Under the pieces are notes generated by a model, which did not search any database, had not been told where the DNA came from, and saw only the letters and a program-made list of their open reading frames with translations. A stretch of 64,000 nt of DNA, taken from IMG/VR virus record IMGVR_UViG_3300033463_000077. One strand, 5' to 3'. The first letter of the stretch is position 1; each line of letters opens with the position of its first letter. Below, piece after piece: positions 24,277-31,402 of the stretch. A program made the position numbers and the translations under genes. The stretch comes from a virus (taxonomy: Duplodnaviria > Heunggongvirae > Uroviricota > Caudoviricetes).

Positions 24277-24299
24277 TTTCAAATCTCCTTGTTGGTTTG

Positions 24300-24340
24300 T
24301 TGTATATTTGAATATAACACCTGAATTCAAAAAGTAAACT
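24300..24340 (-). promoter_or_regulatory. conserved early promoter motif copy
   Basis: motif match. Confidence 0.6.
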
Positions 24341-24380
24341 AAGAAGGCCATTGAGAATTTATTCTCAATGGCCTTCAGAA
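24340..24380 (-). terminator. 16-bp palindromic hairpin downstream of 24390 gene
   Basis: GAAGGCCATTGAGAAT/ATTCTCAATGGCCTTC. Confidence 0.45.
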
Positions 24381-24389
24381 AGGGTGAAA

Positions 24390-24752
24390 TTAAAAGCTCG
24401 GATCCAAGTAGTCTTCCACCTTGTGATTGCAGATGTGGAAGGTGTCAAAACCCATGCAGGTGCGGTAAGGAGTCTTTCCAGGCTTGGCACGGCCTTTCTC
24501 ATCAAAGTAACCAGCGACGTAGGAGCCATACCGAGGGCTGTTCTTTCTGGTCACCAGAACCGCCAGTTCACCGTTTGCATGTTTGAACCAAGTGAGATCA
24601 TCTGCCACTTCAGTGATCTGCTGGCCGTAGCGATCAGAGCCAACAGAACGGCTGGTCCAAAATCCAACACAGGGAAAAAACCGATCCCTGAGGGTGACTC
24701 CTTTGACAATGTAACGGCCTTCTGCGTCCTGGGAGATGATGCCTTTCTTCAT
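24390..24752 (-). CDS. hypothetical protein, paralog family F (inverted duplicate of 25397..25732)
   Basis: track ORF trimmed to MKKGIISQDAEG; identical RBS context GAAAGGAACACCGCTATGAAGAA as paralog; ends ..DPSF. Confidence 0.55.
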   Translation of the reverse strand: MKKGIISQDAEGRYIVKGVTLRDRFFPCVGFWTSRSVGSDRYGQQITEVADDLTWFKHANGELAVLVTRKNSPRYGSYVAGYFDEKGRAKPGKTPYRTCMGFDTFHICNHKVEDYLDPSF

Positions 24753-24777
24753 AGCGGTGTTCCTTTCAATTTGTTTC

Positions 24778-24819
24778 GGTTGATATTGTAATATAACATG
24801 CAATCTTACAGAGTAAACC
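24778..24819 (-). promoter_or_regulatory. conserved early promoter motif copy
   Basis: motif match. Confidence 0.55.
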
Positions 24820-25096
24820 AATCCACCAATGAAGAGTCCCGTTTTCCTTCCTCAGGGAGGAGCTGAAGGAACATCTCGATCTTCTTCATTTCGCCGCCTT
24901 TCAGACGTTCGTAAGAGACCCAATATCCCCAATCGGAGTCATGATTTACGATATTCCTCCTATTCTCAGAAGGAAGGATCGCATGGAACATAATACTCTT
25001 ACACTGATCGATGGTACCGAAAAAGATCGGATGAGAAACATTGTCAGTTTCTTCTTTAACGAGAATTACGGCTTTTTGTTCAGCGGTGTCAGCCAT
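24806..25096 (-). CDS. hypothetical protein (96 aa)
   Basis: track ORF trimmed to MADTAEQK; promoter 25122-25161. Confidence 0.5.
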   Translation of the reverse strand: MADTAEQKAVILVKEETDNVSHPIFFGTIDQCKSIMFHAILPSENRRNIVNHDSDWGYWVSYERLKGGEMKKIEMFLQLLPEEGKRDSSLVDWFTL

Positions 25097-25121
25097 GATG
25101 AAAATCTCCTTTTCTGTTGTT

Positions 25122-25161
25122 GTTGATATTTGAATATAACATCGGTTCATCAAAAGTAAAC
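25122..25161 (-). promoter_or_regulatory. conserved early promoter motif copy
   Basis: motif match. Confidence 0.6.
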
Positions 25162-25186
25162 CAAAAAACAAATTTTTTCTAAAAAG

Positions 25187-25228
25187 ATCAAAATTTGTTT
25201 ACTTTCTTTGACTTTATGTTATATTCAA
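25187..25228 (+). promoter_or_regulatory. conserved promoter motif copy (orphan, plus orientation in switch region)
   Basis: GTTTACTTTCTTTGACTTTATGTTATATTCAAATAT. Confidence 0.55.
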
Positions 25229-25300
25229 ATATCAACCAATCGATCAAGGAGGAACTTCGATCGCTGCCGACCCAGAGGGGCGGGTAAAAGTGTCTTAAGA
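25229..25300 (+). ncRNA. orphan promoter-driven short element (repeat family R1 copy)
   Basis: promoter 25187-25228 then CAATCGATCAAGGAGGAACTTCGATCGCTGCCGACCCAGAGGGGCGGGTAAAAGTGTCTTAAGACTTGA, no start codon. Confidence 0.35.
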
Positions 25301-25329
25301 CTTGAATAAGAATTTTTTCACAAAGGGCG

Positions 25330-25370
25330 GTTTACTTTTTGACTCTTGGTGTTATATTATAATATCAACC
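25330..25370 (+). promoter_or_regulatory. conserved early promoter motif copy
   Basis: GGTTTACTTTTTGACTCTTGGTGTTATATTATAATAT. Confidence 0.6.
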
Positions 25371-25396
25371 AACAACTAAACGAAAGGAACACCGCT

Positions 25397-25732
25397 ATGA
25401 AGAAGCTGCCCTTTGAACTGAAAGTCGGAATGGATTTCACCCTCAGCGCAGGATCTGACTGCTATACTTGGCGGATCATTGAAGTTGACAAGAACGGCAA
25501 AGGCTTTACCGCCGCCCAGTACTCCCCGAGGAATAAGGCCGTTTGGCCGGCTCAGGATTGGGTCTTTGAAGATGATAACGGGCGGCCGTTGCTCAACTCC
25601 AATATCATGCATGCCAAATACGGATACGGCCGCTGGGTGATGGACAAACACTCGTTCTACATCGGCGAGGTCAAAGAACGAATCTATCCGGGCTTCGGTA
25701 AGCGGTACTATTACCAAGATCCCTCCTTCTAA
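25397..25732 (+). CDS. hypothetical protein, paralog family F (plus strand in switch region)
   Basis: track ORF trimmed to MKKLPFELK; promoter 25330-25370; ends YQDPSF. Confidence 0.55.
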   Translation: MKKLPFELKVGMDFTLSAGSDCYTWRIIEVDKNGKGFTAAQYSPRNKAVWPAQDWVFEDDNGRPLLNSNIMHAKYGYGRWVMDKHSFYIGEVKERIYPGFGKRYYYQDPSF

Positions 25733-25768
25733 ACCGATCCAAAAACTGGGAAGGAACCTCCTTCCTAG

Positions 25769-25808
25769 TTTACTTTTTGACATTTTCTGTTATATTTTAA
25801 TATCAACC
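25769..25808 (+). promoter_or_regulatory. conserved promoter motif copy (orphan)
   Basis: motif match. Confidence 0.55.
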
Positions 25809-25880
25809 AGAGAATCAAGGAGAACTTAATTCCTGTTTACCCAAAGGGGTGGGGAAAAGTGTCTTAAGACTTGATGTGAA
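25809..25880 (+). ncRNA. orphan promoter-driven short element (repeat family R1 copy)
   Basis: promoter 25769-25808 then AGAGAATCAAGGAGAACTTAATTCCTGTTTACCCAAAGGGGTGGGGAAAAGTGTCTTAAGACTTGA. Confidence 0.35.
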
Positions 25881-25969
25881 AGTAACATCAAAAGAGAAAA
25901 AGTAAACTTTGATCGTTCTTCAATCAAAAGAAAATTTTGCATAAATTTTTGTCTTTTCTTTGATTTTTG

Positions 25970-26008
25970 GTTTACTTTTCACTTTTGTATGTTATATTTT
26001 AATATGCC
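25970..26008 (+). promoter_or_regulatory. conserved promoter motif copy (orphan)
   Basis: motif match. Confidence 0.5.
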
Positions 26009-26125
26009 TTGCATCTTCATTTTTTCTTCGTCCGAAATGAAAGATCAAAGAAAAAATCAAAGATCAAAAAAGAAAAAATTAGAATAATAAAGGTTTGGAT
26101 CAGGATCCAAACCTTATTTTATTCA
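26009..26125 (+). ncRNA. orphan promoter-driven short AT-rich transcript ending at bidirectional terminator
   Basis: promoter 25970-26008; (A)n-rich 80 nt; hairpin AAGGUUUGGAUC/GAUCCAAACCUU + U-run. Confidence 0.3.
26090..26125. terminator. bidirectional terminator at strand-switch boundary
   Basis: AAGGTTTGGATC-AG-GATCCAAACCTT + ATTTTATT. Confidence 0.55.
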
Positions 26126-26146
26126 ATGAAAGATTATTGAAAAATC

Positions 26147-26353
26147 TCAATATGGGTGGACTTCATCAAACCATTCGTCCATCAACATTTTATATGCAGC
26201 GGGAAATCTGATTTTGTATTCCTGAACAGGAGTGTTCTTTCCGATATAAAAGAAACTTTCTTTATCTCCTTCAGTATGCATCCAATATCCTGACTGAAGT
26301 TGAATGAATTTGGTAGCAAGGTAATCCTGAAATTTTAATTCAAATTTATCCAT
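26147..26353 (-). CDS. hypothetical protein (68 aa), paralog family H
   Basis: ORF, RBS TAAGGAGAC; promoter 26379-26418. Confidence 0.5.
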   Translation of the reverse strand: MDKFELKFQDYLATKFIQLQSGYWMHTEGDKESFFYIGKNTPVQEYKIRFPAAYKMLMDEWFDEVHPY

Positions 26354-26378
26354 TTTGAAAAGTCTCCTTAACTGATTT

Positions 26379-26418
26379 TGTTATATTGAAATATAACACC
26401 TGAATTCAAAAAGTAAAC
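26379..26418 (-). promoter_or_regulatory. conserved early promoter motif copy
   Basis: motif match. Confidence 0.6.
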
Positions 26419-26420
26419 TT

Positions 26421-26696
26421 TCAATCCAACATTCTGTTTTCATATTCCTGAATATCTTTCAAAGAAATCCATTCAGGTTTTTCTGTAACATCAAAGGAGA
26501 ACCAAAGTTTTTTCATCAAACCGATATGAGCCTGAATGGTTCTTCCCCAAAGATATTTGACATTTCGATGTCCTGCACCAAAAAAGTATTCGCAATCAGA
26601 ACGAAGACGATCAAGAAGCTGATAACGAAACTTTACATCCTGTTTAAGAGGATCAAACTCAAATTCATCATTGAAATGATATGAACACATTTTCAT
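26421..26696 (-). CDS. hypothetical protein (91 aa)
   Basis: ORF, RBS AAGGAGAAATG; promoter 26716-26754. Confidence 0.5.
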   Translation of the reverse strand: MKMCSYHFNDEFEFDPLKQDVKFRYQLLDRLRSDCEYFFGAGHRNVKYLWGRTIQAHIGLMKKLWFSFDVTEKPEWISLKDIQEYENRMLD

Positions 26697-26715
26697 TTCT
26701 CCTTAATTTATTTTG

Positions 26716-26754
26716 TTGTTATTTGAATATAACATTGCGAAGTTGAAAATAAAC
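26716..26754 (-). promoter_or_regulatory. promoter motif copy (variant)
   Basis: partial motif match. Confidence 0.45.
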
Positions 26755-26761
26755 TTACATC

Positions 26762-26822
26762 TTCAATTTTGAAGTCAAAGTCTAGAATTTGAAGTCAAAG
26801 TCTAGAATTTGAAGTCCGCCTA
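26762..26822. repeat. 21-bp tandem direct repeat (GAAGTCAAAGTCTAGAATTT x2 plus partial third)
   Basis: seen directly in sequence. Confidence 0.7.
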
Positions 26823-26857
26823 GCCTATTTTGAATTTGATTCAGAAACGACTATATT

Positions 26858-26976
26858 AAAAAGGCTTCCGCTGTTTTGATGATTGAAATGATTTAAGAAT
26901 GAAAGGAGGTGAACTCTTAAATCTATCAGGCCAACAACAACCCTATTCAATCATCAAAACAGCGGAAGCCAACTCA
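26858..26976. repeat. 25-bp perfect inverted repeat (GGCTTCCGCTGTTTTGATGATTGAA ... TTCAATCATCAAAACAGCGGAAGCC) with ~65-bp spacer
   Basis: seen directly; spacer carries SD-like AAAGGAGGTG without start codon. Confidence 0.7.
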
Positions 26977-27018
26977 TAGAAAGGAACGGAGTTGAGCATC
27001 TCCGTTTAATGATTCTTT

Positions 27019-27411
27019 TTACTCACCGGCGGCGACAGCCAGCTCCTGCGTATCCGCCAGAACATCCGCCATCTCAGCAACGGTGGCACCGGACGGGGCG
27101 ACCTCACCCTTCACCTTCTTGGCAGTCTTCGCCTTTACGGTCTTCTTCTCGCCCTTAGTCGGACGAACTCGATTGGTCTCCTTGACTGCATTCGGCATCT
27201 CGATCTTCCCCTTGGAATTGCGACGGAAAGTAATATCCTTAAACGGATTCCCGTCGGCATCAGTGACAACAGCACGAACACCGGCCTTCAGCTGTTCATC
27301 AGTGATTTCATCCCGAACCTTCCGCAGTGCATTCCACATTGCGCACTCGGACTTCACATCAGTGACAGTGGTTTCGGTACCCTTGGTAAGAGTGATCTTG
27401 AGCATCTTCAT
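27019..27411 (-). CDS. paralog family A (divergent; Lys/Val/Ala tail)
   Basis: ORF; SECAMWNALRKVRDE..FKDITFRRNSKGKIEMPNAVKETNR conserved; promoter 27448-27486. Confidence 0.55.
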   Translation of the reverse strand: MKMLKITLTKGTETTVTDVKSECAMWNALRKVRDEITDEQLKAGVRAVVTDADGNPFKDITFRRNSKGKIEMPNAVKETNRVRPTKGEKKTVKAKTAKKVKGEVAPSGATVAEMADVLADTQELAVAAGE

Positions 27412-27447
27412 TTTGTTTTTCTCCTTGTATTTTTGTTTTTGTTTAGA

Positions 27448-27486
27448 GGTTATTTCAATATAACCTTTATTTTTGAAAAGTAAACC
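27448..27486 (-). promoter_or_regulatory. promoter motif copy (variant)
   Basis: partial motif match. Confidence 0.45.
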
Positions 27487-27488
27487 TT

Positions 27489-27725
27489 TTAGATTTCAAT
27501 TTCTTCATTGTTCCAAACTGCGCCGTAATTTCCATCGGTGGTCCGAAAAACATAACTGATATCATCAAGTTCATAATCCATATCTTGAGCACATTCAATC
27601 ATGCTCTTCATATCTTTCTGAATTGTAAGAACTGCTTCCTCATTGGAATCAAAGATCCCAAGACAATGAGGAACAAAGTTCGATTCCAATCCAATATCCA
27701 CAACGGTGACGACATATTTTTTCAT
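27489..27725 (-). CDS. hypothetical protein (78 aa)
   Basis: track ORF trimmed to MKKYVVTVVD; promoter 27748-27789. Confidence 0.5.
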   Translation of the reverse strand: MKKYVVTVVDIGLESNFVPHCLGIFDSNEEAVLTIQKDMKSMIECAQDMDYELDDISYVFRTTDGNYGAVWNNEEIEI

Positions 27726-27747
27726 TTGTTTTTCTCCTTTTGTTGTT

Positions 27748-27789
27748 GAAATATATTTCAATATAACAGAAATGACTGAGATGTAAACC
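27748..27789 (-). promoter_or_regulatory. promoter motif copy (variant)
   Basis: partial motif match. Confidence 0.5.
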
Positions 27790-27795
27790 TCAATT

Positions 27796-28071
27796 TTATT
27801 TAATCTCTGAAAATTCTCCAAAAAGTCCCAACTTTATCAATTGATCAAATTCATAATCATTGATCCAAAAACCACCTTCTTCTCCTCCACCATCAGTAAA
27901 AACTAAATATCCATTCCGCCTTCCTGGATCATTATTGTACACGCCTTTGCCATATCTTCGTTCTTGAATGGATGAAATCTTTGTAAGATTCAAAATTTCA
28001 GTCCACTTTTCGCCGGTATTTCCATTAGAACGATTGAACATTGCAAACTTTTTATCTTTACTGATCTTCAT
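27796..28071 (-). CDS. hypothetical protein (91 aa)
   Basis: track ORF trimmed to MKISKDKK; promoter 28090-28131. Confidence 0.5.
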   Translation of the reverse strand: MKISKDKKFAMFNRSNGNTGEKWTEILNLTKISSIQERRYGKGVYNNDPGRRNGYLVFTDGGGEEGGFWINDYEFDQLIKLGLFGEFSEIK

Positions 28072-28089
28072 ATCTTTTTCCTTTTGTTG

Positions 28090-28131
28090 AAATTGATATT
28101 TGAATATAACGGAAGAATTCAAAAAGTAAAC
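28090..28131 (-). promoter_or_regulatory. conserved early promoter motif copy
   Basis: motif match. Confidence 0.6.
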
Positions 28132-28182
28132 TCTTACTCTAAGCTCTATATTATATAATATGGAATATTGGAGAAAATTTGA

Positions 28183-28225
28183 TCAGTTTACAAAATGAAT
28201 TTTGATGTTATATTTCAAAAAAGGA
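28183..28225 (+). promoter_or_regulatory. promoter motif copy (variant), first of plus arm
   Basis: GTTTACAAAATGAATTTTGATGTTATATTTCAAAAAAGG. Confidence 0.5.
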
Positions 28226-28277
28226 AGCAAAATAAGTAAATATATATAAATTTACTTTTTAAATAATTGGAGAAAAA

Positions 28278-29018
28278 ATGGAACCGATTCATAGATACCA
28301 TGAAAGATTTTTTATTGAATATAGGGATTTCAAACATACAACTGCAATCAGAGATTCTTTTGACAAATTATTGACCTATGTTCATAAAATGAGACGTGAA
28401 AAACCTTATGGCTTTCGCTTAGTATTCAAACCTTATTATAAAAAGCCCGCCGACATCACAGTTCCTTATGGATCTGAAGATTATGATGTCAATGTTCTTT
28501 TAACAGATTGGTGGACAAAAATTTCAAACCATACGATGTATTATTTGATGATTGACGAGCTGATCTTTTTTGAAGAAGATAAAAGAATTAAAGGAAAGAT
28601 TTATTATTGGAATAAAGAGATTGAACTTCATTCAAAAATTCAGAAGTATTATTTTGAACCTTCTAAAAAGTTTGAAGAATCAAATCTTTTTGATAATTAT
28701 ATTTGGATAAATTCCAGAGACTGCTTTTATGAATTGAAAAGATTTATTGAATTAGCCGTTAATCCATCTGAAACAAATTCAATGTTATCTAAATTCGAAG
28801 CAATGGATGCTGCTGATATAAACAAATTTGTCATTACGATGAAAAAAGCAGAGCAGATGATTAAACGAATGGAAAATACTGTAGAAGAGATCAAAAGAAG
28901 AAAAGATGATTGGATGTTTGTAAAAGGGAATCTTAACCCCTTAATCAATCTTAAGGAAGTATACGAACTGTTAAAAGAAAAGTTCGTTTATCAAAAAACA
29001 AATGTGAAAGAGGTGTAA
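28278..29018 (+). CDS. hypothetical protein (246 aa)
   Basis: ORF, RBS TTGGAGAAAAA; promoter 28183-28225. Confidence 0.55.
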   Translation: MEPIHRYHERFFIEYRDFKHTTAIRDSFDKLLTYVHKMRREKPYGFRLVFKPYYKKPADITVPYGSEDYDVNVLLTDWWTKISNHTMYYLMIDELIFFEEDKRIKGKIYYWNKEIELHSKIQKYYFEPSKKFEESNLFDNYIWINSRDCFYELKRFIELAVNPSETNSMLSKFEAMDAADINKFVITMKKAEQMIKRMENTVEEIKRRKDDWMFVKGNLNPLINLKEVYELLKEKFVYQKTNVKEV

Positions 29019-29019
29019 A

Positions 29020-29343
29020 ATGAACAAAACAATTATCGGAATTGGGGCCGTTATTATTATGGCCGGAATCTCTGGGTGCACTTACAATGACATTTATTGT
29101 AATACCCAGACTTATCATGTGTATGAAGGAAGGAGAGAGGTTCCTTATGTCTTTAGGCATCCTCGTTATCCTGAAACTCATCATCTTAAACCTTTTCCGA
29201 GACATCAGCATAAATGCAAAGTGGTTGATGAATCCTGTTCAAGAATTTGCGAACAGGCGACAAAGAAAACTGCAAGAGAAACTAAACGAGTTATGAATCA
29301 TAATGGTAAAATGCGTGATGCATGTCCTTGTTGTGGAAAATAA
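29020..29343 (+). CDS. putative lipoprotein (107 aa)
   Basis: signal peptide MNKTIIGIGAVIIMAGISGC with lipobox ISGC; RBS AAAGAGGTG. Confidence 0.55.
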   Translation: MNKTIIGIGAVIIMAGISGCTYNDIYCNTQTYHVYEGRREVPYVFRHPRYPETHHLKPFPRHQHKCKVVDESCSRICEQATKKTARETKRVMNHNGKMRDACPCCGK

Positions 29344-29354
29344 TTTTTGATCCT

Positions 29355-29390
29355 TTGGGTGTTGTAAAATCTTTACAACACCTTTTTAGT
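29355..29390 (+). terminator. rho-independent terminator
   Basis: GGUGUUGUAAA-AUCU-UUACAACACC + UUUUUAG. Confidence 0.6.
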
Positions 29391-29392
29391 AT

Positions 29393-29432
29393 ATTTTACT
29401 TTTCATATTTTCTTGTTATATTACTAATATAA
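29393..29432 (+). promoter_or_regulatory. promoter motif copy (variant) driving tRNA-Arg
   Basis: partial motif match. Confidence 0.45.
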
Positions 29433-29437
29433 AACAT

Positions 29438-29514
<77 letters not shown>

Positions 29515-29539
29515 TTTTTACTTTAAGGAGAAATAACAT

Positions 29540-29716
29540 ATGTTCAAAAAATTCATTTCATTTTTTCAACCGAAACAAAACAAAATTAAAGAAAAAATTC
29601 TTGAAGAAATTGACCATTATACCAACCTTTATGAAACTGCAAAAAAATATAATCTTTATACAGATTTGGCGGAATATGAAAAAATTCTTAAACTTTTGAA
29701 ATCTCTCATAGACTAA
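29540..29716 (+). CDS. small protein (58 aa)
   Basis: hand-found ORF MFKKFISFFQPKQNKIKEKILEEIDHY... with RBS TTAAGGAGAAAT. Confidence 0.45.
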   Translation: MFKKFISFFQPKQNKIKEKILEEIDHYTNLYETAKKYNLYTDLAEYEKILKLLKSLID

Positions 29717-29755
29717 GTTTATTTTCAAAATTTTCCTGTTATATTTTTAATACGG
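29716..29755 (+). promoter_or_regulatory. promoter motif copy (variant)
   Basis: GTTTATTTTCAAAATTTTCCTGTTATATTTTTAATA. Confidence 0.5.
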
Positions 29756-29782
29756 ATAAATTAAAATAAGGAGAATGTGACA

Positions 29783-30901
29783 ATGATTTTCAGAAAATAT
29801 AGTGAAATTGAAAATTCTTACAATTCCAAATTTGTGAAGGTGCTCAGAGAGCAAGGTTTTGCTGATCCTTCCATTGAATATGTTTGTGAAAATAAAATTG
29901 ATGGAAGCAATGTTCAGGTTTCTATTGATGAACATGGACATTTCAATTTTGGTTCTCGTTCTCAGTTTTATCCAGCTCATTCTGATTTCCAGGGATCTAA
30001 GGTTTGTTTTATTAAAGAAAGAATCAAAGACAAACTGATTAGAATGAAAGAACTCATTGCAAAGGATCAGAAAGTAATTGATATTTTGAATAAACTTGCC
30101 GGGATTGATCCTGAAAAAGAAGATATTCAGAAGAAATTTATTCTTACTGTTTATGGAGAACTTTGTGGCGGAATGTATCGTCACCCGGATGTGGAAAAGG
30201 TAAAAGGTGCAATTAAAATTCAGGGCAGAGTTGATTATCACCCTGATAATAAGTTTGTTCCCTTTGATATTGTTCTTCGCTGGCCAAATGGTTCCACTAT
30301 TATGTTGTTTGATCAGGATGAAGTTGTGAAATATTGTAAAGAAGTTGATCTTCCTTATCCGATCATTTTGTTTAGAGGCACCTTTGATGAATGTCTTGAA
30401 TTTCCTGTTGAATTTGTTGATAAAACTGGTAACATTCTTTGGGGTCTTCCGATTATTGAAAACAATATCTCCGAAGGTATTGTTATCAAACCTAATAAAG
30501 CCTTATTCAAAGGAAATAAAGAAAGAGTTATTCTGAAAAAGAAAGGTGAAAGATTCAAAGAACGTATTTCTAAGAATAAAGAACCTAAAGAGGTTTTACC
30601 GATGAATGATGTGGAAAAGAAGTGGTTTGATACTATTTCTGAATTCGTCACTGAATCCCGTCTGATGAGTGTTCTCAGTAAAATAGATTGTACAAAGCTA
30701 AATGATAAATGCTTTGGTATGATTCTTGGAGCCTTCCTTAAAGATCTTTGGAATGATTTCAATAAGGAATATGAACAGGATATTGAAAAAGAACTTTCTG
30801 AAAATTCTGATTTCAATTTTGACAAAGTGAGGAAGGAAGCATCCAAATATGTTTCCAAATTCATTCAGCCTCATTTCCTTAAGCTTATTGGAAGAGCTTA
30901 A
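29783..30901 (+). CDS. RNA ligase 2 family (T4 Rnl2-like nucleotidyltransferase)
   Basis: N-terminus MIFRKYSEIENSYNSKF matches T4 Rnl2 MFKKYSSLENHYNSKF; motif I ENKIDGSN (KxDGxN). Confidence 0.8.
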   Translation: MIFRKYSEIENSYNSKFVKVLREQGFADPSIEYVCENKIDGSNVQVSIDEHGHFNFGSRSQFYPAHSDFQGSKVCFIKERIKDKLIRMKELIAKDQKVIDILNKLAGIDPEKEDIQKKFILTVYGELCGGMYRHPDVEKVKGAIKIQGRVDYHPDNKFVPFDIVLRWPNGSTIMLFDQDEVVKYCKEVDLPYPIILFRGTFDECLEFPVEFVDKTGNILWGLPIIENNISEGIVIKPNKALFKGNKERVILKKKGERFKERISKNKEPKEVLPMNDVEKKWFDTISEFVTESRLMSVLSKIDCTKLNDKCFGMILGAFLKDLWNDFNKEYEQDIEKELSENSDFNFDKVRKEASKYVSKFIQPHFLKLIGRA

Positions 30902-30902
30902 T

Positions 30903-30940
30903 GTTTACATTCTATAAAACGAATGTTATATTGTAAAAAA
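30903..30940 (+). promoter_or_regulatory. promoter motif copy (variant)
   Basis: GTTTACATTCTATAAAACGAATGTTATATTGTAAAA. Confidence 0.5.
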
Positions 30941-30959
30941 TTAAAAGAAAGGAAATATC

Positions 30960-31151
30960 ATGAAAGATCGTTGTGACCGTTGTGGAAAGCCGTTGAATGG
31001 ATGTTCTATTATGTCGATGTTCAACACCGATATAATTTGTATGGATTGCAAAATGAAGGAGAAAAATCATCCTGATTATAAGAAAGCGGTTGAAGCTGAT
31101 AATGATGCAATTAAAAATGGAAATTATAATTACAAAGGAATTTGGAGGTAA
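30960..31151 (+). CDS. zinc-ribbon small protein (63 aa)
   Basis: CDRCG...C..C; RBS AAAGGAAATATC. Confidence 0.5.
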   Translation: MKDRCDRCGKPLNGCSIMSMFNTDIICMDCKMKEKNHPDYKKAVEADNDAIKNGNYNYKGIWR

Positions 31152-31159
31152 TATAAAAA

Positions 31160-31399
31160 ATGCTTAGATTTGTAATTCTTATTGGGGTGTTCTTTTTGGC
31201 GTTTTTCTTTATTTACAGAAAAATGAAGAAATCACTTTTCTTTTGGAGTAATGAGTTATCTTCGGATGACAAATTTAACGATAGGGCAGACAAACTTAAG
31301 ATAGAAGGAGACAAGCTGCATGAAGACTTGAATGAAAAATCCAAACAACTTGAAAAAGAAGCAAAAGAAATCAAAAATTTGAAAAAGAAAGGTTTTTAA
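31160..31399 (+). CDS. membrane-anchored coiled-coil protein (79 aa)
   Basis: N-terminal TM, Lys/Glu-rich C-term. Confidence 0.5.
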   Translation: MLRFVILIGVFFLAFFFIYRKMKKSLFFWSNELSSDDKFNDRADKLKIEGDKLHEDLNEKSKQLEKEAKEIKNLKKKGF

Positions 31400-31402
31400 C
31401 AA

